Shown: piece by piece, positions 36,218 through 47,590 of the stretch
Numbering within the stretch: the stretch's first letter is position 1
How the letters are laid out: every line of letters starts with the position of its first letter
NCBI GenBank assembly: GCA_964019425.1
Contig: OZ025783.1
Coordinates: 1,550,001-1,614,000 of the forward strand
Direction: 5' to 3'
DNA length: 64,000 nt
Source: Flectonema sp. DT1601
Taxonomy: Eukaryota
Notes under the pieces: generated by a model
Databases searched by the model: none
What the model was told of the DNA's origin: nothing
Seen by the model: only the letters and a program-made list of their open reading frames with translations
Program-made: the position numbers and the translations under genes

Positions 36218-37046
36218 ATAACACCTGTCTTTGTTAAGTGAAATGAATTTTTTGATTCCAGTCTAAATTCATTATTTGTGATATTTTTCTTTTTTCTTAT
36301 TAGTAATTTCGACTGTCGTTGACCTAAACAAACCAACTTGTTGTGTCTGAGTTCGTACTGTTGATTATCAATCTGTTTAAAGACGCCTGGCTGTACCTCT
36401 TAAGATGGACTGAACATGTCCGTGTTGTTATCGCATTGGTGTTGTTGTTTATGTTTTGTAATTAGGCACCTTGGAATTGGGAGGAGGGATATTTGTATTT
36501 GTGCATGTGAAGCACCTTTCGTCCTTGCACTGTAATTAGAACACGGACTCTTACTCGAGCAGGGTCGTACAATAGTGTTGTTAGCAAAGATCTCTTCACT
36601 CCTGTTCTGCTCGCCACGTGTGTTGTGTGAAGCCAGGGATATCCCCTGTTGCTACAAATATAATTTATTTCTTAATCTCCTACTTCGGTGGGACCAACGA
36701 ACGTACTGCTACCCGGCGGTTACAATTTCTGCGCAAGTGATAAGCTTTTAAATTATGTTTTACCCAAAGCAATCACAACATGTACAAGAACACACCAGAT
36801 AATGTGAACCCTCATAAAGTGAATTGACAACTTGTATATTAATTATCTTCTTCAGTTCGTTGGCAATATGGGGATTAGTTCGTAAGGAAGGGAAGGACTA
36901 AGAGAAGAATGATCTATGAATCAATACCAAACATGAAGCTCACAGCGTAGTAGGTGAAGTGCTTTGTATCTTTATTGGTGGTGATCACCGAATGAAGATT
37001 GTGGTAGTATTAGTGTAGCAATATTTTGAAGTTACAATCTGCTAGT

Positions 37047-39213
37047 AGTCGTTTCTCACTATTTCTGTAATACGATCTAAATCCCAATCACTGCAGTAGC
37101 TGAACACTTACTCCTCAGCTTTACTGCTTTGCCTTCAGGAAACCAAATAATAGTCCTTCGACACACAAACTGTTTGTTTGTACAAGAAGAGGTGACTTTA
37201 CATTATTGTATAATGACAAGAGGTAACTGAGACCCACATGTCCCTCGACACGCAAACCGAGTATATTGCACAAGAAGAGGCGACTGAGTTACCAGCAGGT
37301 AGTTACGGTCCCTCGACACGCAAACCGAGTGTTTGTACAAGAAGAGGTGGCTTTACTTTAAGTACAAAATAGAGTCCCTCGGCACGCATACGATGTATTT
37401 GCAACCGACAAGAGGTGGCTAAAATGCGCAGGTCCCTCGGCACACAAGCTGTTTGCTTGTAAATAAGAAGAGGCGTCTTCTCTTTCAATGAGAAGCAACG
37501 GAGTCCCTCGACACGCAAGCTGTTTGGTTGCATAATGACAAGAGGTGGCTGAGACCCGCATGTCCCTCGACACGCAAACCCAGTGTTTGCACAAGAAGAG
37601 GCGACTAAGATACGAAGGTGGTTGCGGTCCCTCGACACACGATCTATTTGTTTGTACAAGAAGAAGCGGCTTTGCATTATGTAACAGTCGCTTCTCACTA
37701 TTTCTGTAGTACGATCTAAATCCCAATCACTGCAGTAGCTGAACACTTACTCCTCAGCTTTACTGTGTTGCCTTCAGGAAACAAATAGCAGTCCCTCGAC
37801 ACACAAACTGCTTGTTTGTACAAGAAGAGGTGACGTTACATTATTGTATAATGACAAGAGGTAACTGAGACCCACATGTCCCTCGACACGCAAACCGAAT
37901 ATTTGCACAAGAAGAGGCGACTGAGTTACGAGCAGGAGTTACGGTCCCTCGACACACGAACTGTTTGTTTGTACAAGAAGAGGTGGCTTTACATTAAGTA
38001 AAAAATTGGAGTCGCATACGATGTATTTGCAACCGACAAGGTGTGGCTAAAATGCGCAGGTCCCTCGGCACACAAGCTGTTTGCTTGTAAATAAGAAGAG
38101 GCGTCTTCTCTTTCAATGAGAAGCAACGGAGTCCCTCGACACGCAAGCTGTTTGGTTGCATAATGACAAGAGGTGGCTGAGACCCGCATGTCCCTCGACA
38201 CGCAAGCTGAATGTTTGCACAAGAAGAGGCGACTGAGTTACGAGCAGGTAGTTACGGTCCCTCGACACGCAAACCCAGTGTTTGCACAAGAAGAGTTGAC
38301 TGAGATACGAAGGTGGTTACGGTCCCTCGACACGCAAACCCAGTGTTTGCACAAGAAGAGTTGACTAAGATACGAAGGTGGTTACGGTCCCTCGACACGC
38401 AAACCCGGTGTTTGCACAAGAAGAGTTGACTGAGATACGAAGGTGGTTACGGTCCCTCGACACGCAAACCCGGTGTTTGCACAAGAAGAGTTGACTGAGA
38501 TACGAAGGTGGTTACGGTCCCTCGACACGCAAACCCGGTGTTTGCACAAGAAGAGTTGACTAAGATACGAAGGTGGTTACGGTCCCTCGACACACGATCT
38601 ATTTGTTTGTACAAGAAGAAACGGCTTTGCATTATGTAACAGTCGCTTCTCACTATTTCTGTAATACGATCTAAATCCCAATCACTGCAGTAGCTGAACA
38701 CTTACTCCTCAGCTTTACTGTGTTGCCTTCAGGAAACAAATAGCAGTCCCTCGACACACAAACTGCTTGTTTGTACAAGAAGAGGTGACTTTACATTATT
38801 GTATAATGACAAGAGGTAACTGAGACCCACATGTCCCTCGACACGCAAACCGAATATTTGCACAAGAAGAGGCGACTGAGTTACCAGCAGGAGTTACGGT
38901 CCCTCGACACACGAACTGTTTGTTTGTACAAGAAGAGGTGGCTTTACATTAAGTACAAAATAGAGTCCCTCGGCACGCATACGATGTATTTGCAACCGAC
39001 AAGAGGTGGCTAAAATGCGCAGGTCCCTCGGCACACAAGCTGTTTGCTTGTAAATAAGAAGAGGCGTCTTCTCTTTCAATGAGAAGCAACGGAGTCCCTC
39101 GACACGCAAGCTGTTTGGTTGCATAATGACAAGAGGTGGCTGAGACCCGCATGTCCCTCGACACGCAAACCCAGTGTTTGCACAAGAAGAGGCGACTGAG
39201 TTACGAGCAGGTA
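37047..39213. repeat. Compound non-coding array: ~28 monomers (mostly 58-87 bp) in three higher-order repeats
   Basis: Core GTCCCTCG(A/G)CAC...AAGAG recurs at 37153, 37240, 37308, 37374, 37432, 37503, 37562, 37627, 37791 ... 39153. A ~105-bp leader segment recurs at 37047, 37686 and 38641. Confidence 0.95.
38257..38581. repeat. Local amplification of one 65-bp monomer (5 copies) inside the second higher-order unit
   Basis: gtccctcgacacgcaaaccc(a/g)gtgtttgcacaagaagagttgact(g/a)agatacgaaggtggttacg at 38257, 38322, 38387, 38452, 38517. Confidence 0.95.
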
Positions 39214-39531
39214 GCTATGCACGCAAGCTCTTTACATTGAAAGATAGTTATTTCGACAGTACTGAACAGGCAACAACATGCCTTCAGGTTAAGAACTACC
39301 TCTCAGCTAGCACAGTGAGAACTTTATGAACATTCGATACGTGGGGGTCAAACACCCTACATATCTGAGCAGTTGCTTGCTGTATTGTAATTATATTTCT
39401 TCTACTTCAGTTCTATTTCTAATTAAACGACTTAAAAGTTGAGATATTACTTTTTTCTAAAAATAATTGTTATTTTTATCTTGAAAACAGAAGGGACAAA
39501 GTGTGGTCCCAAAAAAAAACAAAATAATAAA

Positions 39532-42500
39532 ATGTCGAGCAAGGAACTAAAAGAAAAGAAAAAAAAGAGTGATGAGGCTGAGAATATTAAAGTGTTAGTG
39601 CGTTGTCGACCACTAAGTACAAAAGAGAGAGATGCTGGATATAAAAGTTCAGTTGAATTAAATATAGCTGATGGAACGGTAACTGTGTATCATGTTTGCG
39701 GAGATCCAGACAGATGGACTTTTGACGCAGTTATAAATAACACTTTTAAACAAAAAGACGTGTTTGATATGTTTATTATAAATATGATTGACAGCGTGAT
39801 GACTGGTTTCAACGCAACCATATTCGCATATGGTCAATCAGGAAGTGGTAAAACGTACACCATGACTGGAGACGCTGATTCCTTAGAAATGTCAGGAGTA
39901 ATCCCGAGATCGTTTGAATACATATTCTCTGTTATGAAAGAACAAGCATCTCCAAACAGATCATACAACGTCTACTGTTCATACCTTGAGCTTTATAACG
40001 GTCAGGCTCATGATCTCCTTACAAAAAACATGGCTTCCCTTAAGATCAAAGAAAGCAAAGATAAAACCTTCTTCGTTCAAGATCTTAGTCAGCCACAAGT
40101 AAAATTCGAAGCTGATTTACTACGTCTAATGGAAGAAGGTGCTGAGAGACGACGAGTAGCATCCACAGAGCTTAATAGTGACAGCAGCCGAAGTCACAGT
40201 ATCTTTACTGTTTATATAATAAAAGAAGAAATCAGTGAGGAAGGTGATGTTCGTTCCGTAACAAGTAAACTCAACTTAGTCGACTTAGCCGGCAGTGAAC
40301 GACAATCAAAGACAGGAACTACTGGAGAAACACTTAAAGAAGGATGCAATATTAATTTATCACTTTCTGCACTTGGTACAGTAATTGACACCATTGTAAA
40401 GAGAAAGGCTCACATCCCATACAGGTCATCACCATTAACTATGCTACTAAAAGACAGTTTAGGAGGTGGTTCAAAAACCTGCATGTTCGCAAACATTAAT
40501 CCATCTGAACACAATGTTTCTGAAACAATCAGCACTCTTAGATTCGCTGACAGAGCAAAACAGATAAAGAATAAACCTCTGGTACAGCTTGATGCCAAAG
40601 ATCAAAAGATCGCAGAACTAACAACAAGACTCGAGGAAATGCGTGAGAAGCTAAAGAAGTTTGAAGGTACAAACGTACTAAAGTTGGAAGAAATAAATGA
40701 AAATCTTCAAAAACAAATAGACGAATTGGAGGTCACATTGGAATCACAAAACGAAGAGTTGGAACGAAACAAAACAGATACAAAAGAAGCCCTCGACTCT
40801 GCAACGATGGAAATTAAGACAATGAGGGAAACTATAAAAGAAATAACACACGAAGCAGATCTCATTAAAAAGGAAAAACTGTTGTTATCAAATCAGCTGC
40901 AATCAGAAGCCGACCAGTACGCAGAACTTCGTAATTACACTTGTCTTTACATATCAAATGTTACGGGTGAAGATACTTCTGGATTACAAGACCCCGACAG
41001 CATTCAGTATCAACTGCAGTTGATCGCCAACAAATATCTCAGCGCTGCTCCAGAATCGAAGAATGTTGAACTTGAAAACACAATTGTTGTAGAAAGAAAA
41101 CGACACGAAGCTCAATTAAGTGAAGCGCACAATGAACAACTTAAAGATAGAGAAAGGCTGACAGAAGTTCATCAACAGGCTCAGCAATCTCTTCAACAGG
41201 CTTTAGCTAGAATGGAAAAGATGAAACAGAAAATTGAATCTGAAAGAGAGAAGCGACGTCGTCTAAATGATTCAAAAGACAAAGAGATTGAATCACTTCG
41301 TCAAGCCAAAGACTCAGAAACTTCAAAGCTGCATAAAGACATCGAACAGTTAGAAGAGAAATTACTCACCGGAGTTCATCAGATGCACCATGAACCTACT
41401 TCACCAGCAGGCATACCTCAGTCAATAAGAGAAGGAATGGATAAACAAAAGGAAGAAGAGATATCAATTTACAAACAGGAAATTGAACAATTACATTCAA
41501 AGATTACTTCTTTACTCAATGAAAGGGATGAAACGACATCGAGGATGACTGAAATTGTGAATGCCGGATCTGAAGATGAAGTCACTCAATCACTACACAA
41601 AGAACTAGCTGGGGTGCTTTCACAACAGAAATCGTGGAATGAAACGGAAATGAAACTTCGCGATGAAAACCAATCACTTACTCATAAAGTACAGTCCCTG
41701 CAAGTAGACAACACGAATCTATCACAACAACTGAAAACTACAATACAACAACAACACCAACAAGCACCTGTTATTATTCAAAGACAACAAAGTCCTATCC
41801 CCCAACAGTTGCCAAGCAATACCTCAGTAGAGACAGGCTCACTTATCAATAACTTGGGTGGATTCTCAAATAGTATGGTAACACATGTTCCAACAGAAGA
41901 AGCAACCAAAACCGATAACAATGTGACAACAGAAGAATTGATTAGGCAGTCTTCAATGAGAAGTCAGGCTCACACTTCTCACACAGCTGCATTAGAGATA
42001 GAGAATGCAAAACTTGGAAGAACAATTGAACTTGAAAAGAATGATCGAAAGCAACAACAACAAGAAGTAGCTTCTATGTCAGATAGACTACAAGAAGCTT
42101 CATCTACGAATGAAGAACTTTCTGCAGAGTTGGAATATGCTCGTCGAGATTTAGAAAACGAACTTTCAAAGGCCCAACAACTTCAAGGAAAACAAATTGA
42201 ATTATTATCAGAAGTCGAAGGCCTCCATTCAGAAGCTCACACTCAACGTCAGGCAGAAGACAAGTTACGAGCAGACTTTGAGAAACAGCGTCAGGAGTTC
42301 GCTTTAAAAATTGAAGAAGTAGAACGTCGAAACAGCAACGTCACCAAAATACAAAAACAACTCGAAGAGAAGAAGACGGCTCTGAAAAACAGCAGGCAGA
42401 TAATAAAATCACTTCAGGAAGTTGTTGATGGTCTTCGTGATAAAGAAACACAACAAGACACAAAGGTAGTAGACGCACTTACTAAAATAGATGAGCAAGA

Positions 42501-43542
42501 GAAATATTGGCAACAGAAGCTTGCTGACCAAGAAAGTGCAATGGCTGCTATGGTGACTACACGAACACGAGAGTTACGAACTCAACACAAACACGAATTG
42601 AAAAAAAAAGATCATGAAATGGAACGCCTACTCAAGAAGATCCGAAAAGGAGAATCGGCACTCCAAAAAGTAAAGGAGCGCTACGACCGACAAGCTGTTC
42701 AAAACGAAGACCTAACCAGAGAGTTTGAGACCTACAAATTGAAAGTACTAGAGAGGGATAACCCCGCTGGTATTGCTGACACAGCTGAAAACATTCAGAG
42801 GATTATTCAAACAGCGAAGGTTGCAAAGATTCTAAAAGAAGAACAACAATTCCGTCCAGTTGGACAATCTGATACTACAGACGTTGAAACCAAAATGTTA
42901 TTACAGTCAGCTGCTGCACGGAAATTCAGTCTTAGTGAGACACAAATGCAGCCTCAACAACCCCGCGATTGCAAGTCATCTGACGCATTCATAAGCGAGA
43001 GAAGTGAATCAAGGAAATCAGATGCAGGCGGGTTGAAAACATCGAATGCTAACAAGAATCGACCACTTCATCAATCTCCACGATCTAGTGGTGATCAAGG
43101 TGGTGGTGACTCCGCTGGCCGTCGAGAACATCGCCTAAAACCAGTCGAAGGAGAAGATAATAAAATGAAACGTAAAACGATGAATAAAGAAGCAGGAGAC
43201 CTTGATAGGAATGCCTCACCAGGAATGTTTTCTGTTCATTCCCCGTTGAGTAGGAAGTCAGTGTCACCACGTGATGATACTCCACCTGTTGCACCAACAG
43301 CGCCGTCTCATCCAAATAGTCCGTCACCAGCTTTTTCTGGTCAGCCTGCTTTTGCGAGTGTTCCTCTTGGGGCGTTGGGGGGAAAGACTTCTTCTCCACC
43401 ACCTCAGCCGAGAGTTTTTAACAGCAGGCCGGCAATGGGATTGGAACCACCTAGTTCAATATCATTACTCGATACTGATGAAAAACCAAACGAAAGCATG
43501 GCAGCCATTCTTGGACTTCGTCCAACACCACCACCAGTCTAG
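39532..43542 (+). CDS. N-terminal-motor kinesin (kinesin-2/OSM3-like) with long coiled coil and Pro-rich tail
   Basis: P-loop GQSGSGKT, switch I NSDSSRSH, switch II DLAGSERQSKTG, HIPYR...LLKDSLGG. First in-frame ATG at 39532. Confidence 0.95.
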   Translation: MSSKELKEKKKKSDEAENIKVLVRCRPLSTKERDAGYKSSVELNIADGTVTVYHVCGDPDRWTFDAVINNTFKQKDVFDMFIINMIDSVMTGFNATIFAYGQSGSGKTYTMTGDADSLEMSGVIPRSFEYIFSVMKEQASPNRSYNVYCSYLELYNGQAHDLLTKNMASLKIKESKDKTFFVQDLSQPQVKFEADLLRLMEEGAERRRVASTELNSDSSRSHSIFTVYIIKEEISEEGDVRSVTSKLNLVDLAGSERQSKTGTTGETLKEGCNINLSLSALGTVIDTIVKRKAHIPYRSSPLTMLLKDSLGGGSKTCMFANINPSEHNVSETISTLRFADRAKQIKNKPLVQLDAKDQKIAELTTRLEEMREKLKKFEGTNVLKLEEINENLQKQIDELEVTLESQNEELERNKTDTKEALDSATMEIKTMRETIKEITHEADLIKKEKLLLSNQLQSEADQYAELRNYTCLYISNVTGEDTSGLQDPDSIQYQLQLIANKYLSAAPESKNVELENTIVVERKRHEAQLSEAHNEQLKDRERLTEVHQQAQQSLQQALARMEKMKQKIESEREKRRRLNDSKDKEIESLRQAKDSETSKLHKDIEQLEEKLLTGVHQMHHEPTSPAGIPQSIREGMDKQKEEEISIYKQEIEQLHSKITSLLNERDETTSRMTEIVNAGSEDEVTQSLHKELAGVLSQQKSWNETEMKLRDENQSLTHKVQSLQVDNTNLSQQLKTTIQQQHQQAPVIIQRQQSPIPQQLPSNTSVETGSLINNLGGFSNSMVTHVPTEEATKTDNNVTTEELIRQSSMRSQAHTSHTAALEIENAKLGRTIELEKNDRKQQQQEVASMSDRLQEASSTNEELSAELEYARRDLENELSKAQQLQGKQIELLSEVEGLHSEAHTQRQAEDKLRADFEKQRQEFALKIEEVERRNSNVTKIQKQLEEKKTALKNSRQIIKSLQEVVDGLRDKETQQDTKVVDALTKIDEQEKYWQQKLADQESAMAAMVTTRTRELRTQHKHELKKKDHEMERLLKKIRKGESALQKVKERYDRQAVQNEDLTREFETYKLKVLERDNPAGIADTAENIQRIIQTAKVAKILKEEQQFRPVGQSDTTDVETKMLLQSAAARKFSLSETQMQPQQPRDCKSSDAFISERSESRKSDAGGLKTSNANKNRPLHQSPRSSGDQGGGDSAGRREHRLKPVEGEDNKMKRKTMNKEAGDLDRNASPGMFSVHSPLSRKSVSPRDDTPPVAPTAPSHPNSPSPAFSGQPAFASVPLGALGGKTSSPPPQPRVFNSRPAMGLEPPSSISLLDTDEKPNESMAAILGLRPTPPPV

Positions 43543-44113
43543 CCTTTTATCACTCATTTACACATGTTGAGTTGCTTTTCTTTTCTTTTTTCTTTCTTCG
43601 CTTATATTTCCTTGTACCTACGCTAGCCACGTTCCGTGTACACTACCTCCCCTCCCTAGTCATCCCTTCCTGAAGTGATGAAGTTTTCTTCTTGGGAAAC
43701 CTTTTTGCGTATGACCAGCCAGATTGCTGTTGTTCTTTTACTGAGTTGTGAATGTTATTTGAGTGCTGTGAGTGCTTACACGCTGATATTTCGATATTAG
43801 AGTCCTGAATAGAATCTCCTACGCTCTGGATTACTTTTTCAAGTATTCCATTTGTTAATTGGAGTCTTTATGATTGATTGTTTTGCGTAATCACATCATT
43901 GTACCACATGTGGTTGTTTTCTTTTCATTTGCTTGATCCCTTTTTTTCTTTTTTTTAGAGTGGTTAATAATAAAAAACAACCGACCCTTTAAAATCACTC
44001 TGAATTTAGCTTATATACTTACCTTTTGAGCGTTGTACCAACAGACTAGTTGAGTTGAATAAGGTAACTATTATAAAGCATTGTTCTTTTTCTAGATAGT
44101 CGTTTAGCATAAA

Positions 44114-45931
44114 ATGATTAGCTACGGATTAAATAATGATGACTTAGGTCCTGAGAAGGTCGTGTATGATCAATATCGCGTATTTAAAAAATTCGCACCG
44201 AGACTGTACAAGCATTTAACAGTTCACCCGTTGGAATGGCCAGCGCTCTCTCTTGATTGGATCCCTGAAGATGACTGCAGAGAAGAGAGAGGATATACAC
44301 TTAATTTTTTACTCATGGGGACACACGCAGTAGCACACACAGATGCCAGTGAACTCCAACAGGCTTCTGGTTGGGAAGAACACAAACCGGGTGCTACTAA
44401 AACTGCACCCAATTACATTTATAATTTACAGTGCACACTACCGTCTGAATCTGAGTACACGTTCATGGAAATTGAAAAAAAGTTTATCGGAAAAGTTTCA
44501 GCTAAGCAAAGACTGTACCATACTGGTGAGGTTAATTGTATAGCACACATGCCTCAGAATTCACACATCGTAGCAAGTAGAGGACCTGCAAGAGGTCAAG
44601 GAGGATCTGGTTCAGTTCCTGTTTACATTCATAATCTTGATTTAGGAAAGGATTTACAAGGAGCATCAACACCACAGATTATGCAAGAAGCTACTGATGC
44701 TGCGTTTGTTAAGTTAGTCGGTCATAAAGCAGAAGGATTCACTCTGTCCTGGAATAAGAAACGTGAAGGACTGTTAGCCAGTGGTGCTGATGATGGTTTG
44801 GTTATTATTTGGGATGTCGAAGATAAGGTCGCGCCTACCGAGTTAGCGAAACACGAAAACATCGCAGCCAACAGCATTGGAAATGGTGTTCATGGCGGGA
44901 GAGGTGTCCAACCACTTTCAGTACTGACGGGACATGAAATGGAAGTTCAGGGAGTTGATTTTCATCCTTCTCATCAACACTTATTGTTTTCAGTATCGGA
45001 TGACAGATGTATGAGGATTTGGGATACCAGAGTAGCAGACAAAGGTTCTATCACTAACGTTCGTAATGCTCACAGCAGCGCTATTAATTGTGTTAAGGTT
45101 CACCCTTTTGCTGAACACGTTGTCGCAACAGCAGGTAAGGACATCGTTAAAGTCTGGGACATCAGATTTGAAAAACGAGCAGAGCCTACAATGGTACTTA
45201 GAGGACATACAGGGGAGATTACTTGCATGGACTGGGCTCCTCACTCTGAAACAGTAATAGCCACAGGAAGTACTGATAGAACTGTAATCGTTTGGGACAT
45301 TGAAAAGCATTGCAACAGAGATCAATATTCAAGTGGTAAAATGGATTGCTGTCCGTGGTTCAATGGAATTTGGCAGGCACCTAAAAGAGATACCCCAATT
45401 GCTGATGATATGAATATTCCAAAAGAAGTTTTATTTGTCCACTTTGGTCACACTGCACCAGTCACAGCTCTGTCTTGGAATCCTAATGAGAATTGGTTCT
45501 TAGCTAGTGCGAGTCAAGATAATATGTTACATATTTGGAAGATGTCTAATTTAATGAGACAGGGTGGTGGGAATGATGATGATGATTCAGACTTTTCATC
45601 TGACGACGCAGAAGATTTACGACTTGACCATGAAATGCAACCTATACCTGCTCAACCAAGAGATTGGGAAGTAGAAGCTGAAGTTCCGCCACCGAGTGCT
45701 CCTCCTCTTCCATCTAATAATGATCATCTTGATGGAGAAAGAGAAAGAGAAGGAGAAGGGGAAAGACCTGATCAAAATGAGGAAGTCCGCCGTCGGAGTG
45801 ATTCTCATAACGATTCCGTCCCACTTCCCATGCCTGTTGTCAACACAAGCAACAATGATAATAACACTCCTCCAAATAATTCCAATGTGGCTGAACAGGA
45901 TGGCGTTAATATCAACATTTGGGGCGGATAA
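44114..45931 (+). CDS. RBBP4: Histone-binding WD40 protein RBBP4/MSI1/CAF-1 p48 family
   Basis: Y..FKK.AP.LY......LEWPALSLDW, LLMGTH, H.GEVN....MPQ, LVGHKAEGFTLSWN, P.EVLFVHFGHT...LSWNPNE. Confidence 0.9.
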   Translation: MISYGLNNDDLGPEKVVYDQYRVFKKFAPRLYKHLTVHPLEWPALSLDWIPEDDCREERGYTLNFLLMGTHAVAHTDASELQQASGWEEHKPGATKTAPNYIYNLQCTLPSESEYTFMEIEKKFIGKVSAKQRLYHTGEVNCIAHMPQNSHIVASRGPARGQGGSGSVPVYIHNLDLGKDLQGASTPQIMQEATDAAFVKLVGHKAEGFTLSWNKKREGLLASGADDGLVIIWDVEDKVAPTELAKHENIAANSIGNGVHGGRGVQPLSVLTGHEMEVQGVDFHPSHQHLLFSVSDDRCMRIWDTRVADKGSITNVRNAHSSAINCVKVHPFAEHVVATAGKDIVKVWDIRFEKRAEPTMVLRGHTGEITCMDWAPHSETVIATGSTDRTVIVWDIEKHCNRDQYSSGKMDCCPWFNGIWQAPKRDTPIADDMNIPKEVLFVHFGHTAPVTALSWNPNENWFLASASQDNMLHIWKMSNLMRQGGGNDDDDSDFSSDDAEDLRLDHEMQPIPAQPRDWEVEAEVPPPSAPPLPSNNDHLDGEREREGEGERPDQNEEVRRRSDSHNDSVPLPMPVVNTSNNDNNTPPNNSNVAEQDGVNINIWGG

Positions 45932-46651
45932 AACAATCGTTTTGTCTTGTCATGCTGGCCTCGGTTAATTTTTTTTTAAAATTTATTTTTTTAACAAATT
46001 TCAACAACTTAAATTACGAAAAAAAGCTTCCTATCGCATATGTTTAATCAGTTTTGTTTTGTTGAACTATTACAGAAGAGGTTGATTGCTAACTGAATTT
46101 TACGTCTTGTTCTGACTTCAACAGTCGGAATAACAGAACTAAGAAAAGTTGAAGAACTTTCCAGAACATTTTTTGTTGCGTTGTGACAGTGTCCGAAAGG
46201 AACTACAACTCTTCAGTCCTTCCCACTTCACTCCCATCTTCGTCTTGCCAATTAACTTCTGACTTCCTAATTTCATAATTTTTTTTTTTTTTTTTTTTCG
46301 TTGTTGTTCCATTTTTTTTTTTTTCCTTTCCCGATTTGAGTTTGATGGGAAAGAAAAAAAAAGAGAGAAGAAGAAAAAAAAACTCCGTCGGCCTTTTTCA
46401 ATACTGACTGATTCAGTGAAATCCAATCTGAACCTGAAAGACGCGTTCTTGCTTCTTATTTCTGCTTATTTATTGCAAACAAGCACTTTAAAAAAAAAAA
46501 AAAAAACTGTTTTTCTCAATTTGTGAGAACAGAAAAAATTGGAAATTAGCAAATGGTCGAAACATAATAGAAGTTGAAAAGAAAAATAAAATAAAAAAAA
46601 AGAATAGATATTCACCCCAATGATAGTACAGACATTTGGAATCCCATTCGT

Positions 46652-47590
46652 ATGAAGGAAAAGTTTGTTTTACTTTTTCTTTTTTTTGATATGTCAGTAT
46701 CAATAAGTATTTTCCTCTTAAAGCATGACGTAATGAATGAATTAAATCGTAAATCCCACGAGGGGATAATAAAATGGATGTTCTCAATGGGAAGTGGATG
46801 GGTCGCAATTCAACTAATTGGAAGAGGGAACGGATTCGCAGCTCTTGCTGTATCCTCGATAAGCACTTATATAATTCTACCTAGTGAAGGACTAGACTAT
46901 TTAAGGAAAGTAATAGCGGGATATGGTGGTTTTGGATCTATCGTGTTTTGGTGTTCTCTTTGCAGTTGGTTGGCTCCTCAATTGCAATCAGATTTGAAAT
47001 CAAAGCAACTTCTATCAAAGCTTGACTTGGTCTGGAGAATTGGTTGTATTCTCTCTTTATTTTTCGTACCTCGTGGTATTCCTGTTGCTGAATGTCCAGT
47101 TGAGGTCCAAGCAGCTACTGCATCAGCAATAGCAATAGCGATGATTTGTGATTCTGAATACCAACAAACTGGAGTTGGAAAAATGTTTAAAGGAAACTCA
47201 TCGCTAAAGACATGGGATCCTCGACCAAGAGAAAAGTCACCACCATCAAGCTTGAAATCATGTAGTGGTGACCCTCCTTCTTATGACCCTGCTGTACCAG
47301 TAGTTAAACCTGCAACAACTCCTGCTTCAGGACCACCAGAATCACCACTTGTGCTATCTTGTATTAATTCAAGTAGTACAGTGTTAGGAGATTCACATTC
47401 ATATCTACCGAGTGCTCCATATGTTACTCATACTGGGATGCCTGTTCCAATGGAAACGATGTCACCACTTCCTTCTGCTGCTGATTTAATAAAAGGACCT
47501 CCAGAGATGTGTACAGTTCCCGTAGAGGAGTATCCTGCAACACCTGAAGACAATAATTCCGATGATGGAGAAGATCCCCTCCTGACATAA
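46652..47590 (+). CDS. Hypothetical multi-pass membrane protein with Pro/Ser-rich tail (start uncertain)
   Basis: 312-aa ORF with several hydrophobic segments, then a low-complexity tail. Confidence 0.65.
   Translation: MKEKFVLLFLFFDMSVSISIFLLKHDVMNELNRKSHEGIIKWMFSMGSGWVAIQLIGRGNGFAALAVSSISTYIILPSEGLDYLRKVIAGYGGFGSIVFWCSLCSWLAPQLQSDLKSKQLLSKLDLVWRIGCILSLFFVPRGIPVAECPVEVQAATASAIAIAMICDSEYQQTGVGKMFKGNSSLKTWDPRPREKSPPSSLKSCSGDPPSYDPAVPVVKPATTPASGPPESPLVLSCINSSSTVLGDSHSYLPSAPYVTHTGMPVPMETMSPLPSAADLIKGPPEMCTVPVEEYPATPEDNNSDDGEDPLLT

Noticed and set aside
36678..36693. cUUCGg tetraloop hairpin upstream of the array
   Set aside because: A single 6-bp stem can arise by chance; no further support for an ncRNA.
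37686..37790. Hammerhead ribozyme on the minus strand of the leader segment (CTGAGGA...GAAA)
   Set aside because: An extra base separates the putative stem II from GAAA, and I could not find convincing stems I and III.
37303..39185. ORFs within the array
   Set aside because: They occur in several frames on both strands, and monomer lengths are mostly not multiples of 3; by-products of the repeat.
37047..39213. Canonical CRISPR array
   Set aside because: Eukaryotic context, no cas genes, degenerate repeats, and linkers that are short, related to one another and reused in each higher-order unit.
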